A stretch of DNA of 64,000 nt from a virus. The stretch spans positions 53,478 through 117,477 of IMG/VR virus record IMGVR_UViG_3300046163_000090, one strand, 5' to 3'. This document shows, in pieces, positions 20,432 to 30,296 of the stretch; the first letter of the stretch is position 1, and every line of letters begins with the position of its first letter. The translations under genes and the position numbers were made by a program. A model generated the notes under the pieces. The model made no database searches. It saw only the letters and a list, made by a program, of their open reading frames with translations, and was not told the DNA's origin.

Positions 20432-21016
20432 TTAAATTAAATACCCACATATTATTTTAGATTGTTCAATTAAAAATTTAATTTCTTTCTCTGTTAATGT
20501 TTTATTACTTGTGGTAGATTCAACTGATATCATTCCGATTATATTTTTATTTAATGTGATAATAGGAATAGCGACAATAGACTTTACTCCTTTATCCTCA
20601 AACCAGTTTTTAAGTAGAGAATCATCTAAATTCTGAGTGTTAGAATATTTAAATATTTTTTCGTTAATTATTTGCGAAACGAATTGATTAAATGTACTAA
20701 CTCGTAAACCTTGTTGACCTAAAGCTTCTGAGCTAACTCCAGCTTTAAAATATTCATAAGTGCAACTAAATTTCTGCTGGTGACTTCCACTATAGAATGA
20801 CTCTCCATTATGAAACTCATATACAGAAACTCTGTCTGCATTTAAGACATCTAAAGTATACCTTATAGCTTTTTCAACATTAGTGTTTTGTATTGTACAT
20901 TTTTCGACAGATAAACTTGCTTGGTTTTTTTTCTTCTGCAAGAAATCTTTTAAGAATAGACTAATTATAGTTGTTGCGGCAACTATACACGATGATAGTA
21001 TAACTGACCAATCCAT
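20432..21016 (-). CDS. N-terminal TM plus GAF-like domain protein (T4 holin T-like architecture)
   Basis: Hydrophobic residues 3-22, then LNADRVSVYEFHNG..GVKSIVAIPI..IIGMISVE GAF pattern. Confidence 0.65.
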   Translation of the reverse strand: MDWSVILSSCIVAATTIISLFLKDFLQKKKNQASLSVEKCTIQNTNVEKAIRYTLDVLNADRVSVYEFHNGESFYSGSHQQKFSCTYEYFKAGVSSEALGQQGLRVSTFNQFVSQIINEKIFKYSNTQNLDDSLLKNWFEDKGVKSIVAIPIITLNKNIIGMISVESTTSNKTLTEKEIKFLIEQSKIICGYLI

Positions 21017-21046
21017 ACAGTATAATACACTATAATTAAAATGTGA

Positions 21047-23356
21047 TTAGATTTTTTCTGCCCAAATTTTCAAAAATGCATTTTTAATGTCTGCATATGA
21101 ATGATTGCTCGAGAGTGTAGTCTGAAATTGAATGTGATAAGCTCCGTCACCGACTGGACTAATTGTAGTATTACCAATAGGTATATCACCAATGTCAAGC
21201 CTATCTTGCTGTTCAACTTGGGTGCTAGTTACGGTTTCAAAGAAAGTAGTTTGACTATTGATGTCTGTACTATCAACAATAGCAAATCTTAGTTTATGAT
21301 AGTCTATAGCAGATAATGTAATGCCTCTGACCGTAATTCCCATTGAAGTTACATCGAAACTGCCTTCTGGGTTAGCGAGAGTAGCATTAGTTCCGCTAAG
21401 TTTTACATATAAAGCATTAGCATGTCCTTCTGCATTGATTTGAGCTCTGCTGTTAAGATCTTGATCAATAATGTTTGCCTCGTTATCCCATGCATTTGCA
21501 GGGTCTTGAACTTCTGTGCTTGGGTTTGCTTTAGCATTTGCTAATGGATCGTAAGAGTAGCCTTCTCCGCCGAAAAAGAATTGAGTGCTCGAAGACGATC
21601 TATAAGTATCTTTCATTAGACTGTCTCCACCGATAACTTCTGGAATGTCATCGTTGGTATAATTTGCGTATGATATTTTCTCTACTTGCATTTCATCCTC
21701 GAATGTCGGACGCAAAGCTAATGCGTAAGGCCCTTTGCTTGTGTATTGGATGGGCCGATAAACATAACTGCTATAATTTGCGCGAAATCTATAGTAGTCA
21801 TTCCACATTTGACCAGGTACATCTCTGAAATTAAAGTTTAATATTTTTCCAGTATATAGTATTTGTCTGGCTGGTCCGTGCCTATCACTAGTTCCGCTAG
21901 CTTGATTATTATAGCTTTGTATACCAAGATATCTATGATAATTTTTACCCTCAACACCAATAGTATTTGCATTGATTAAAATTTCTTCTGAATTTTCTAA
22001 CGCCGCATTGCTTCCTGCATCGCCAAATGCTACGATCTGAAAAGGAGTATAATTGAATGCTCCGAAATACTGACTGTTAGGAAGACTGGTGTTATCGACA
22101 TTACCAGTAGCCCATTGATTTGCAGTTCGAACGTGTGTATGATAACTTCCAGCCGCATAACCGTGAGAGCTTATTGTGCCGTTTCCGTCTAGAACACTGT
22201 TAGCATAGCCACCGATAGCACTATCGTTCATGTCCCTCCAGTGTCGATACATATGACGAATTGACGAACCTTTTCTGAGATCATCATCACTAAAACCCTC
22301 TCGGCCTGCTCCGCCCACACCCCAAAAATTCCATAAGTCTTCGAGTGTCTGTGGGTTTGATCCATTTAACCAATCTTCTAGGTAGTGCGGTTGTTTAAAG
22401 TTTAAATATCCATCTTTGCTTCCAAAATATCCATTGTGTGGTCTGTATCGATTGTATCCATTTAATCGAGATGATTCAAAGTGCTCGCTGGTAGCTGCTT
22501 CGCCAGCAGTCATAACAATCATACCTTTTCCGTTTCCGTCGTGAGCATATAAAAACCAAACAGTCGTATTTCTGCTATAATCAAACCAATTTTGATAAGC
22601 ATTACTCATCACATTAGACCATTCATCTAAATTATTAGTTGAAGCTGAAATAGCATTTGGTATTGCCCCGTCTAATCTGTAAGTATTTTGAGTAGTATCA
22701 GTTCCATCATAATCGGCTCCATTAGTTTTATATCTAAATACCGTATTACTTCTGTATGCCGTACCAGAACTGTTTGTTATTGTTTGTGGTTGCCCAGCGC
22801 ATGAGTAAGTATATCCAAACAGAGGAACAAACTTGTTTGCTGGTATGCCGCCAGTTTTATTGCTTTTGATTTTTAATCTAATAGACTCAAAGTTAGCATC
22901 GCCCCAGTATCGGTGGCTACCAGGCGTAAAATTTGCATAAGGACTGGGTATCAACATCATACCATCTGTAGGTGTGCCGTCAATAGTTGAATGAGTAAAT
23001 ACAGTACCTCCGTCACTTGCTGCTTTTTTCTGGAATTGTCCAGCCCAAGCATATCTATCAAAAGGTCCTCTATCTGAATTTGTATTTAATGTATATCTCT
23101 CGTCCCAAGCTAAATATAATTGCTGCGAATCTCCACCAGCATCTAGATGGGTTGCATTTCTGGTGGCATACATCTTGGTTAAATCCATATTTAATCGATC
23201 ATAATTTTGAACTGCAGCGTGGTCTTCCCCCAGAGGTCCCATTCTGGACATAATTTTTACGGTGTCGTTTGTTGTTGATGTTGTTTCAAGGTTACGGCCC
23301 AAGCCTATCATTCCCTCAAAATCATCATTAGTTGCTCTATTAAATGTTGTTGCCAT
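21047..23356 (-). CDS. putative virion protein
   Basis: 769 aa, Gly/Asn/Tyr-rich, within the fibre gene cluster. Confidence 0.6.
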   Translation of the reverse strand: MATTFNRATNDDFEGMIGLGRNLETTSTTNDTVKIMSRMGPLGEDHAAVQNYDRLNMDLTKMYATRNATHLDAGGDSQQLYLAWDERYTLNTNSDRGPFDRYAWAGQFQKKAASDGGTVFTHSTIDGTPTDGMMLIPSPYANFTPGSHRYWGDANFESIRLKIKSNKTGGIPANKFVPLFGYTYSCAGQPQTITNSSGTAYRSNTVFRYKTNGADYDGTDTTQNTYRLDGAIPNAISASTNNLDEWSNVMSNAYQNWFDYSRNTTVWFLYAHDGNGKGMIVMTAGEAATSEHFESSRLNGYNRYRPHNGYFGSKDGYLNFKQPHYLEDWLNGSNPQTLEDLWNFWGVGGAGREGFSDDDLRKGSSIRHMYRHWRDMNDSAIGGYANSVLDGNGTISSHGYAAGSYHTHVRTANQWATGNVDNTSLPNSQYFGAFNYTPFQIVAFGDAGSNAALENSEEILINANTIGVEGKNYHRYLGIQSYNNQASGTSDRHGPARQILYTGKILNFNFRDVPGQMWNDYYRFRANYSSYVYRPIQYTSKGPYALALRPTFEDEMQVEKISYANYTNDDIPEVIGGDSLMKDTYRSSSSTQFFFGGEGYSYDPLANAKANPSTEVQDPANAWDNEANIIDQDLNSRAQINAEGHANALYVKLSGTNATLANPEGSFDVTSMGITVRGITLSAIDYHKLRFAIVDSTDINSQTTFFETVTSTQVEQQDRLDIGDIPIGNTTISPVGDGAYHIQFQTTLSSNHSYADIKNAFLKIWAEKI

Positions 23357-23364
23357 ATTAAATA

Positions 23365-26300
23365 TTAGTTGATTCCTGTCCAGGAAAAAGAGTGATCGTG
23401 CGAAGTGTACGGATCTGTAGCCATAGCTGAATCCGTTCCCGTGGAGTATATTTTTGTGTTTATGATCATGTCTGCAAAACTAAGTACACCAAAAGAGGTT
23501 AAACTGGAGTCGAAATCTTCAAAGGTTCTTGAGTGTCCCGTGTAATCAATTTGAGTAATTACTCTGATATCAGCCAGATCAAGTTTATCGATAGATGTCA
23601 ACCTGGAATCTAAATCTTCAAAAGTCTTTTGATCGCCAGTATTATCTATTTTCGATATCAATCGTATGTCGCTAACGTCTATAATATTGCCACCAAATGC
23701 ATTCGAGTCAATATTAGAGAATGTGTTTGAGGAATCTTGGTAGTCTATAATGCCAGCATGCATCTTGACATCGTTGACACTAAATATCCCCCCACCTGGA
23801 GGAGCAACTGGGGCGACTGGAATATCTTCTATTTCAACTACCACGGAAGGCGGTAGTTCAAGCTGCACAAAACTTAATTCAGGCAAACCGTGAATAAAAT
23901 TGTTTGATGTTAAACCGTTTCCAGAAACCAATATAGAGCTATCGGATGCCACAAAAAGCATAGAGTTACTAACGGTAGATGTTAAACCTTTATTATATAA
24001 AGAAACTATTCGTTGAGTTCCATTATAAAAATCTGCTCTACTTAGAGCTGATGCATCGTTAGATTCAAAACATATTGTAGATGAAATTCTGTAAGTTCTA
24101 CCAACAACTAAATTGCCAAACTCTAAGTCGGTTATAAATCCATCAGATGTTTGATCTTGGGTAACATAAGCTGTACTAAATTCGTTTGTCGTGGATGAAC
24201 CTACTGAAATTTCAACGAACTCAACTCCGTCTTCTCCATCTTTAACTTTGACATATTTACCGCCAGCATTAGAGTAGTTGACGGGAGTATCTCGCAGCAT
24301 TTTAAAATCAATGTTACTTTTTCCAGCACTTGGGTCGCATGTTGCATTAAGTAAAGATGTCGGCGGCAATAAGTCTGATCTAAAAGCTATTTTATCAACC
24401 CTTATATCCTGCATGTTACCATTGAAAAATACCATTGCCTGCCCAGCCCCCATTGGCCCAGCTCCAATACTGAGGCCAAAGTTAGGAGTAATAGTTGATG
24501 CGTCAGATGTCCAAGCAAGACTCTGCTCTTGATTTCCGTCAAGATACAAAGACATCGTGTTGTTTTCATTAACAATTGCAACATGGTGCCATGTTTGAGC
24601 TGATACGGTTGAGGAGCTAGCTAGCGAAAGTCCTGTTGCATTGCTTAGACCCTTCATGACATCAAACTTTACTTTGTTGTCTGAATCTACAATTAATCTA
24701 ATGCCATGTTCATTGTTGTTTGCCGCAGTTAATAATAAAGGCTCTCTGGTATTAAGGGCATCTTTGAATATCCATAATTGTATAGTATAGTTTTTTATTA
24801 TTTTTGTATGGAAAAACTTGAACGCAGAACCATCGGCAACTAGCAGCTGTCCGTTACCGTTAAATTGTATAGAGCTAGAACCAAAACCAGCCTTAGGGTT
24901 ACTGGTGCTATGTGTTACATTTGATCCAAGTATTGAATAATTATTAACAGAGGAATCTTCGAATGCAGAGCTGTTTGTTGTTTTATCGCTTTGTAAATGA
25001 AATTCAGAACAATTATCTTCGCCGTCAACTTCTTGAAGACCTAGGGCATCATTAACATTGAAAGTTGTAAACTCGAGAGCATCTTCTGTATCGTTAACTT
25101 TTACAAATTTTCCACTTTCGCCAATAAAAGAGCTTGGGGTGTCAGTTAAGTCTTCAAAAGTAGAGGATCCTCCGCCTCCACCGCCTCCACCGCCATTACT
25201 TGAACCTCCACCCAGTTCTGTGATGGTCATTATTTGCTGACTTAGGTTGGCTGAAGCGTTTGCTCCCTGAACCATTACGGTGTTAAAAACTTTATCACCA
25301 GCTTTGAGCTCAATAACTGCTGATAAATTTACACTACTATGATTATTATTGGTTGAGTTTTTTATTGATCCTTGTTCAGCTTTTATATTACTAGTAGCAA
25401 CACTGTTTAAGAAAATAAAACCGAAAAGATGTTGGTGAGCGTTTGGGGATTTATTAGTGCAGTTTACTATTACCGTCATGTCTCTTGGCGCAACCCAGAC
25501 ATTATCACTTGAATCCCATGCAGAATAAGTGTCAGTTGTTGGAACATACGGTACATTTGTATGAGAATTTACAACTGTTACCATCGAGGTTATATCAGAT
25601 TCAAATACGATATCAGTACTGCTAGAGCTTCCTCCGCCAGCATAATAAATCGCACGATTATTTTCAATAAACCATTTTAATGAATTTGTGGCGCTTGGTA
25701 CATCTTGAAAGTTTGTATGGCTACTGTACAATTGTGAGTAATCACCATTTGAGTTGTTGTTGAATGCAAATCCTAAAAATACACCTCCTTGATTTATATC
25801 TCTACATTCATAAAATATATCATTGTCAACACCATTTGTTGAATGCGGTTCATGTACAAATTTTAAATGCAATATTGCTTCTGATCTGTCAGCTGCTTCT
25901 GTGCTTATTGGAGAATGCGGCCATACAATTGCATCAGGTAAATCCGTGTAAAAATTAGATTTATCTTGAATAACTCGCAAAGAACTTGAAGAAGAACCAC
26001 CACCAGCAGTAGACCCTCCTCCGCCTCCGCCACCTCCACCAAAATATAATGCTCGGTCATTGGATATGTATTCTTGTATTGAATTGAATTCTTTTTTGAC
26101 ATGTTGATCATTTGAATTTGAGTTGTAAGATCCATCTGTAGAGTCAAATCTTATATACCACCTTTTGCTTACGTAGTTATTTGTTTCATAACTAAACTTT
26201 TGACTAGTTACATCTCCGTTGGAATCGTAACTGTTTACCCACCCCCCAAAATCTAGCTGTATTAAATCGTCGTTTCCGTTGGTGGTTGTAGCGTTTGTAT

Positions 26301-26502
26301 CTTTTACTAAAATTGCATCAGGTATTTGTACTCCACTACCAATAAGTGGTATATTATCGATGTTTTCTTGAATTTGATTGATAGCGCTTATGGCTCCGCC
26401 GCCGCCTCCACCAGTACCCCCGCCATTTTGATCTATATATTCACGAACGGATTTACCCATTTCGTAAATTCCTGAAAGCATTGATTTAGTTGAGTCTGAC
26501 AT
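23365..26502 (-). CDS. tail fibre/adhesin with LamG (concanavalin A-like) domain and poly-Gly linkers
   Basis: FEDLTDTP..GKFVKV fibre repeats; YTIQLWI..WHHVAIV..LYLDG..FNGNMQDIRV LamG motif. Confidence 0.8.
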   Translation of the reverse strand: MSDSTKSMLSGIYEMGKSVREYIDQNGGGTGGGGGGAISAINQIQENIDNIPLIGSGVQIPDAILVKDTNATTTNGNDDLIQLDFGGWVNSYDSNGDVTSQKFSYETNNYVSKRWYIRFDSTDGSYNSNSNDQHVKKEFNSIQEYISNDRALYFGGGGGGGGGSTAGGGSSSSSLRVIQDKSNFYTDLPDAIVWPHSPISTEAADRSEAILHLKFVHEPHSTNGVDNDIFYECRDINQGGVFLGFAFNNNSNGDYSQLYSSHTNFQDVPSATNSLKWFIENNRAIYYAGGGSSSSTDIVFESDITSMVTVVNSHTNVPYVPTTDTYSAWDSSDNVWVAPRDMTVIVNCTNKSPNAHQHLFGFIFLNSVATSNIKAEQGSIKNSTNNNHSSVNLSAVIELKAGDKVFNTVMVQGANASANLSQQIMTITELGGGSSNGGGGGGGGGSSTFEDLTDTPSSFIGESGKFVKVNDTEDALEFTTFNVNDALGLQEVDGEDNCSEFHLQSDKTTNSSAFEDSSVNNYSILGSNVTHSTSNPKAGFGSSSIQFNGNGQLLVADGSAFKFFHTKIIKNYTIQLWIFKDALNTREPLLLTAANNNEHGIRLIVDSDNKVKFDVMKGLSNATGLSLASSSTVSAQTWHHVAIVNENNTMSLYLDGNQEQSLAWTSDASTITPNFGLSIGAGPMGAGQAMVFFNGNMQDIRVDKIAFRSDLLPPTSLLNATCDPSAGKSNIDFKMLRDTPVNYSNAGGKYVKVKDGEDGVEFVEISVGSSTTNEFSTAYVTQDQTSDGFITDLEFGNLVVGRTYRISSTICFESNDASALSRADFYNGTQRIVSLYNKGLTSTVSNSMLFVASDSSILVSGNGLTSNNFIHGLPELSFVQLELPPSVVVEIEDIPVAPVAPPGGGIFSVNDVKMHAGIIDYQDSSNTFSNIDSNAFGGNIIDVSDIRLISKIDNTGDQKTFEDLDSRLTSIDKLDLADIRVITQIDYTGHSRTFEDFDSSLTSFGVLSFADMIINTKIYSTGTDSAMATDPYTSHDHSFSWTGIN

Positions 26503-26521
26503 AATTATGTTTTACACTTGT

Positions 26522-29509
26522 TCAGCATGGGTTATCTAATAAAGCGGCTGCTGGGACGAAATTACTTGTGTATACTGCCTTTTTGCTGATGCGGAAATCT
26601 TGAATGTGCTTTGGATTACTTGTCCATCCAGAGGCAGTCTGATCTCCAATTTCTGCCTGTCGAACTGAAGAGACCACCGATCCATTCATAGTATCATCAA
26701 CTTCTCGCTGACCATTTACATACAGATGAAAAGAGTTACCAATTCTGACCGCTGCAATATGAGTCCAATTATTGACCACGCTTGCTATTCCTGTACTAGT
26801 AAAATAAACTCCTAAGCTATTTACAAACATAATTCTGTCCTGATTAAGAGAGATTGAATATTCTGTCCCTGAATTAGCGCTAAGTCCCCTTTTTGTTATG
26901 ATATTTTTTGTTGATGCTGTGACAGCTGTATCATATTTTATCCATAGTTCAATTGTAAAATCATCTGATCCAAAATTAGGTGGAGTAAACTCGAGCAACT
27001 TATTATTATCGAAAAAGAAAGTACTTTCGCCGAACAAGGTTTCAGAATTATCAATAAATGATTGATTGTTTACGTTGTTTGAGTTAGTGATTGATAAGTT
27101 ATTATCGCTTTTATCTTCAACTGTTCCTCCAGAAGATGCTTGTAGATGAAAATCAACTTCGCTGCAAGTTGGTTGATCTCCTGGAAAATCACATGGGTTA
27201 CCTAGTAAACTTGTTGGCGGGGTGAAGTTGCCTGTATATACCGCTTTTTTGCTGATGCGGAAATCTTGAGCATGCATGTTTGCATGGTATGGTTGATTTA
27301 TGTCGGTTCGCGGCATGGCTCTTGTGCCTATGTGCATAGGATGCAGCTGTGTGTATGTCACATCGCTCCAACCAGTTGCAGAATTTTGAAGTTTTCCGTT
27401 GATGTACATGCTTATCACATCACCACTAGCCACAATTGCCACATGATGCCATGCGTTTAGTTGCATGAGGTCATTACTTGATATATTGATCGATCCTGTA
27501 TTTGAGAAAGATTGAAATTTGATTTTTTGACGATCAGCAAGAGTATTATTCTGAGAATTTATTCTGACTACTTGCCATTTTTCGCTACCAATATCAGTAC
27601 TAATATCTGGCCAAGATGCAATCAACATTTCGCCTTTATTTGTCCATTGTTCAGCATTCAGCTTAAACCAGCATTCCATGGTGAAATTGCCGCCCAGATT
27701 TAATAAGTTAGTTTGATTGATCTGCAAATAATCACCCGCTCCATCAAAATTCATTGTGCCACGGCCAAATAGTATAGCTGTGGTATCCACAACTGTATCG
27801 CCAACAGTTGTTACTGTGTGTTGATTGTCGCTCTTATCAGCGATAGTTTCTCCAGCAGCTGGCTGAAGATGTAAGGCTACTTGATTACAGTTTGGTTGAT
27901 CGGGAGCAAATGTACATTCAAAATACCCAGTAATAGAAGAGTCTCTGTCAATAAATACAGTTTCCTGAGCATTTGTTTTTGGGAAGTTCGGTAAATCAGA
28001 CCTCCATTCTTTAAAAGTGCAAGATCCGATATTCGAACTGCTAAACCCTTGAGCTCTTATATTTATGTTTTGATCTCCAGCGAACATACCCCATTTGAAT
28101 GTGGTCTCATCTATTACAACAGTATTTCGCTCTTGATTTAAGTTTGAGTCGGCAAACAAACATACATCATGCACAAAATCGTGAATATTTGTTTGATTAT
28201 TTAATCCAGCGCTAAATGAAGTACTGGTGTTGTCCGCTAAAAATTGATCTTTATATTCTGTGTATTGATTGAATTCCTCGAGATTTGAAACGCAAGCAGG
28301 TGCTTCTGAGGGCGGAGCAACCGCACCTGCTCCAACTTTAACCCATTCTCCGTTACAACCAATATGTAAATCACACCCAACGGTAACCAATTGACCGTCA
28401 GCGGGATTATCTGGCAAATCAGTTATATCGTCGACAGAGTCTACTCCACCCCCAGCGGGCATATCAACCCACTTTAAGCCTGTAGTTGTTGATTGTAGAA
28501 TTTTACCATCATCGTAATTCGTCGGTGTATCACTTAAGCCAGTAAAACTAAGACCTGTAGATAATTGTCCTGTTATTTGCTGTATTAATAGAAAATTTTG
28601 AGCAACACCAGTAGTTAAATTCGTAGTATTAGTTAATGCTTTATATTCATTCCAAAAAGTTGGACTGTTAAAAACATTCCCAAAGAAATTGGTGGTTCGA
28701 TCTATTTGTGTCTGAACAAAGCCTTTAACCGTAGAAAAGTCTTTTAATGAAGTGGGATCATTTACTAGGTCTTTCTGTATAGATGTGTTGGGTCCATAGA
28801 AATTATTTAGAGCTTCAATTACATTAGAGGAAGAAGTATCTACAAATTTAAAATTAGAACCAGGTTGAAAAGTAAAACTTTTTCCTCCTATAATTTGATC
28901 TAACACTGTAATAATGTGGCTTGCTTTTGATGCTGAAGTCAAATCGGGAATGGAGCTTTTTAATAGATTTTTTATTTGGGATCCGTATGTTGCCCACATA
29001 ACACCTGGAGTTAAACCGAAAGCGGTATTTCCATCTGTATAAGTAAATAGATCAGCCGCTACAAATCCTACGGTTGGAAAAGTTGAAGACTCTACATTTA
29101 AACCTTCATATGCTGTTTTAATTGCTAAGGCTGCATTTAATTCTGTATCTGCATCTGTTGCTCCAGCAGTCCATGTAGCCTCCAATTTTGGCATCATAAT
29201 GCCTCCTCCCAGTGGAGACTCTGGAACTAATAAAGAGAGGCCGTTTAAACCTCCCCAAGAACCGTCACCATTAACCCATTTATCGTTAACTTGTCCAGGT
29301 ATTTCAATAAACTCATCAGCATTAAAATCTTGAAGTAAAGCGGTAGACTGTATAACCCCAATGTCGTCTATATCAAAAAATTCTTTAACTGAGCCATCTG
29401 GATCTCGATTTCCTATCTCTCCCCTTTCAGTGATTTTTAATAAATAGAACAAAGAATCTGCATCGGGTGAAGCAGACACTGCATCGGTTCCTTTGATTTC
29501 GTCTGGCAT
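26522..29509 (-). CDS. tail fibre/adhesin with two LamG domains
   Basis: FTGLSDTP repeat; two FTxExW..WxHxA..YxNG..QDFRISKKAVYT.NF domains. Confidence 0.8.
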   Translation of the reverse strand: MPDEIKGTDAVSASPDADSLFYLLKITERGEIGNRDPDGSVKEFFDIDDIGVIQSTALLQDFNADEFIEIPGQVNDKWVNGDGSWGGLNGLSLLVPESPLGGGIMMPKLEATWTAGATDADTELNAALAIKTAYEGLNVESSTFPTVGFVAADLFTYTDGNTAFGLTPGVMWATYGSQIKNLLKSSIPDLTSASKASHIITVLDQIIGGKSFTFQPGSNFKFVDTSSSNVIEALNNFYGPNTSIQKDLVNDPTSLKDFSTVKGFVQTQIDRTTNFFGNVFNSPTFWNEYKALTNTTNLTTGVAQNFLLIQQITGQLSTGLSFTGLSDTPTNYDDGKILQSTTTGLKWVDMPAGGGVDSVDDITDLPDNPADGQLVTVGCDLHIGCNGEWVKVGAGAVAPPSEAPACVSNLEEFNQYTEYKDQFLADNTSTSFSAGLNNQTNIHDFVHDVCLFADSNLNQERNTVVIDETTFKWGMFAGDQNINIRAQGFSSSNIGSCTFKEWRSDLPNFPKTNAQETVFIDRDSSITGYFECTFAPDQPNCNQVALHLQPAAGETIADKSDNQHTVTTVGDTVVDTTAILFGRGTMNFDGAGDYLQINQTNLLNLGGNFTMECWFKLNAEQWTNKGEMLIASWPDISTDIGSEKWQVVRINSQNNTLADRQKIKFQSFSNTGSINISSNDLMQLNAWHHVAIVASGDVISMYINGKLQNSATGWSDVTYTQLHPMHIGTRAMPRTDINQPYHANMHAQDFRISKKAVYTGNFTPPTSLLGNPCDFPGDQPTCSEVDFHLQASSGGTVEDKSDNNLSITNSNNVNNQSFIDNSETLFGESTFFFDNNKLLEFTPPNFGSDDFTIELWIKYDTAVTASTKNIITKRGLSANSGTEYSISLNQDRIMFVNSLGVYFTSTGIASVVNNWTHIAAVRIGNSFHLYVNGQREVDDTMNGSVVSSVRQAEIGDQTASGWTSNPKHIQDFRISKKAVYTSNFVPAAALLDNPC

Positions 29510-29510
29510 A

Positions 29511-30263
29511 TTATGAATATTTTAAAGTTATAGTTAATGAACTTCCTTGTATTAGTCCGCCTTGACTGGTTTCTGCAGCCACTATCTGACCAAAAACTGT
29601 TTGATTACTTATGATAGCCGTATCGACAAGCAAGGCATTTTCATCATTTAATCTTTCTAGAGTGAACAGAGCTTCACCTAAGCCGCTTGACTGAAAATTA
29701 TCTGGAAATATTCCTTGGAAATTTGGAGCTAAGTTAGATGTAAATTGCCCAGGTTTTATTTCCCAATTTGAATATCCTCTATTCGAAGGTAGTAGATCAT
29801 TTGGTATTGAAACTCTTGTTGTCGACGGCCCATCAATAGTTAATTCAACTATGGGGGAAGGTCTACTAGCTGAAGGGGTTGGGGTTTGAGATAGCGGAAT
29901 ATTTGGAGTTAAACTTGGCGTAGGGGTTAATGGTGGAGTCTTGCTGGGAGTAGGGGTCACGAATTCAGATTCTTGCTCTTTCGTAGAGCTTTGAAATTCT
30001 TCATATGGAGTAATTACTGCTGCTGGATTTTCCGCAATTTTTTGCATTTGCTCGACCATCCATTCAAATTTAGACTGAAAACCTACAATAGCAGTAGACC
30101 CTACATTCTCTGGATCAAATTGATTCGCCGAAGACATAAAGTCTCTGATCGTGCTTTTTAGTAGTTTTCTTGCATTTGAATCTGGATTTTTTTCGATAAT
30201 TACGATATCATCTAGATTAAAATCGTCTCCATCTGGCAATTGATCTGGTCTTTTTGTCGGCAT
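29511..30263 (-). CDS. putative virion protein with Thr/Pro-rich linker
   Basis: N-terminal KRPDQLP fibre-anchor-like motif and a TPTPSKTPP linker. Confidence 0.6.
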   Translation of the reverse strand: MPTKRPDQLPDGDDFNLDDIVIIEKNPDSNARKLLKSTIRDFMSSANQFDPENVGSTAIVGFQSKFEWMVEQMQKIAENPAAVITPYEEFQSSTKEQESEFVTPTPSKTPPLTPTPSLTPNIPLSQTPTPSASRPSPIVELTIDGPSTTRVSIPNDLLPSNRGYSNWEIKPGQFTSNLAPNFQGIFPDNFQSSGLGEALFTLERLNDENALLVDTAIISNQTVFGQIVAAETSQGGLIQGSSLTITLKYS

Positions 30264-30296
30264 TTTAGTTTATTACACTTTTTTTAATGTTTTTGG

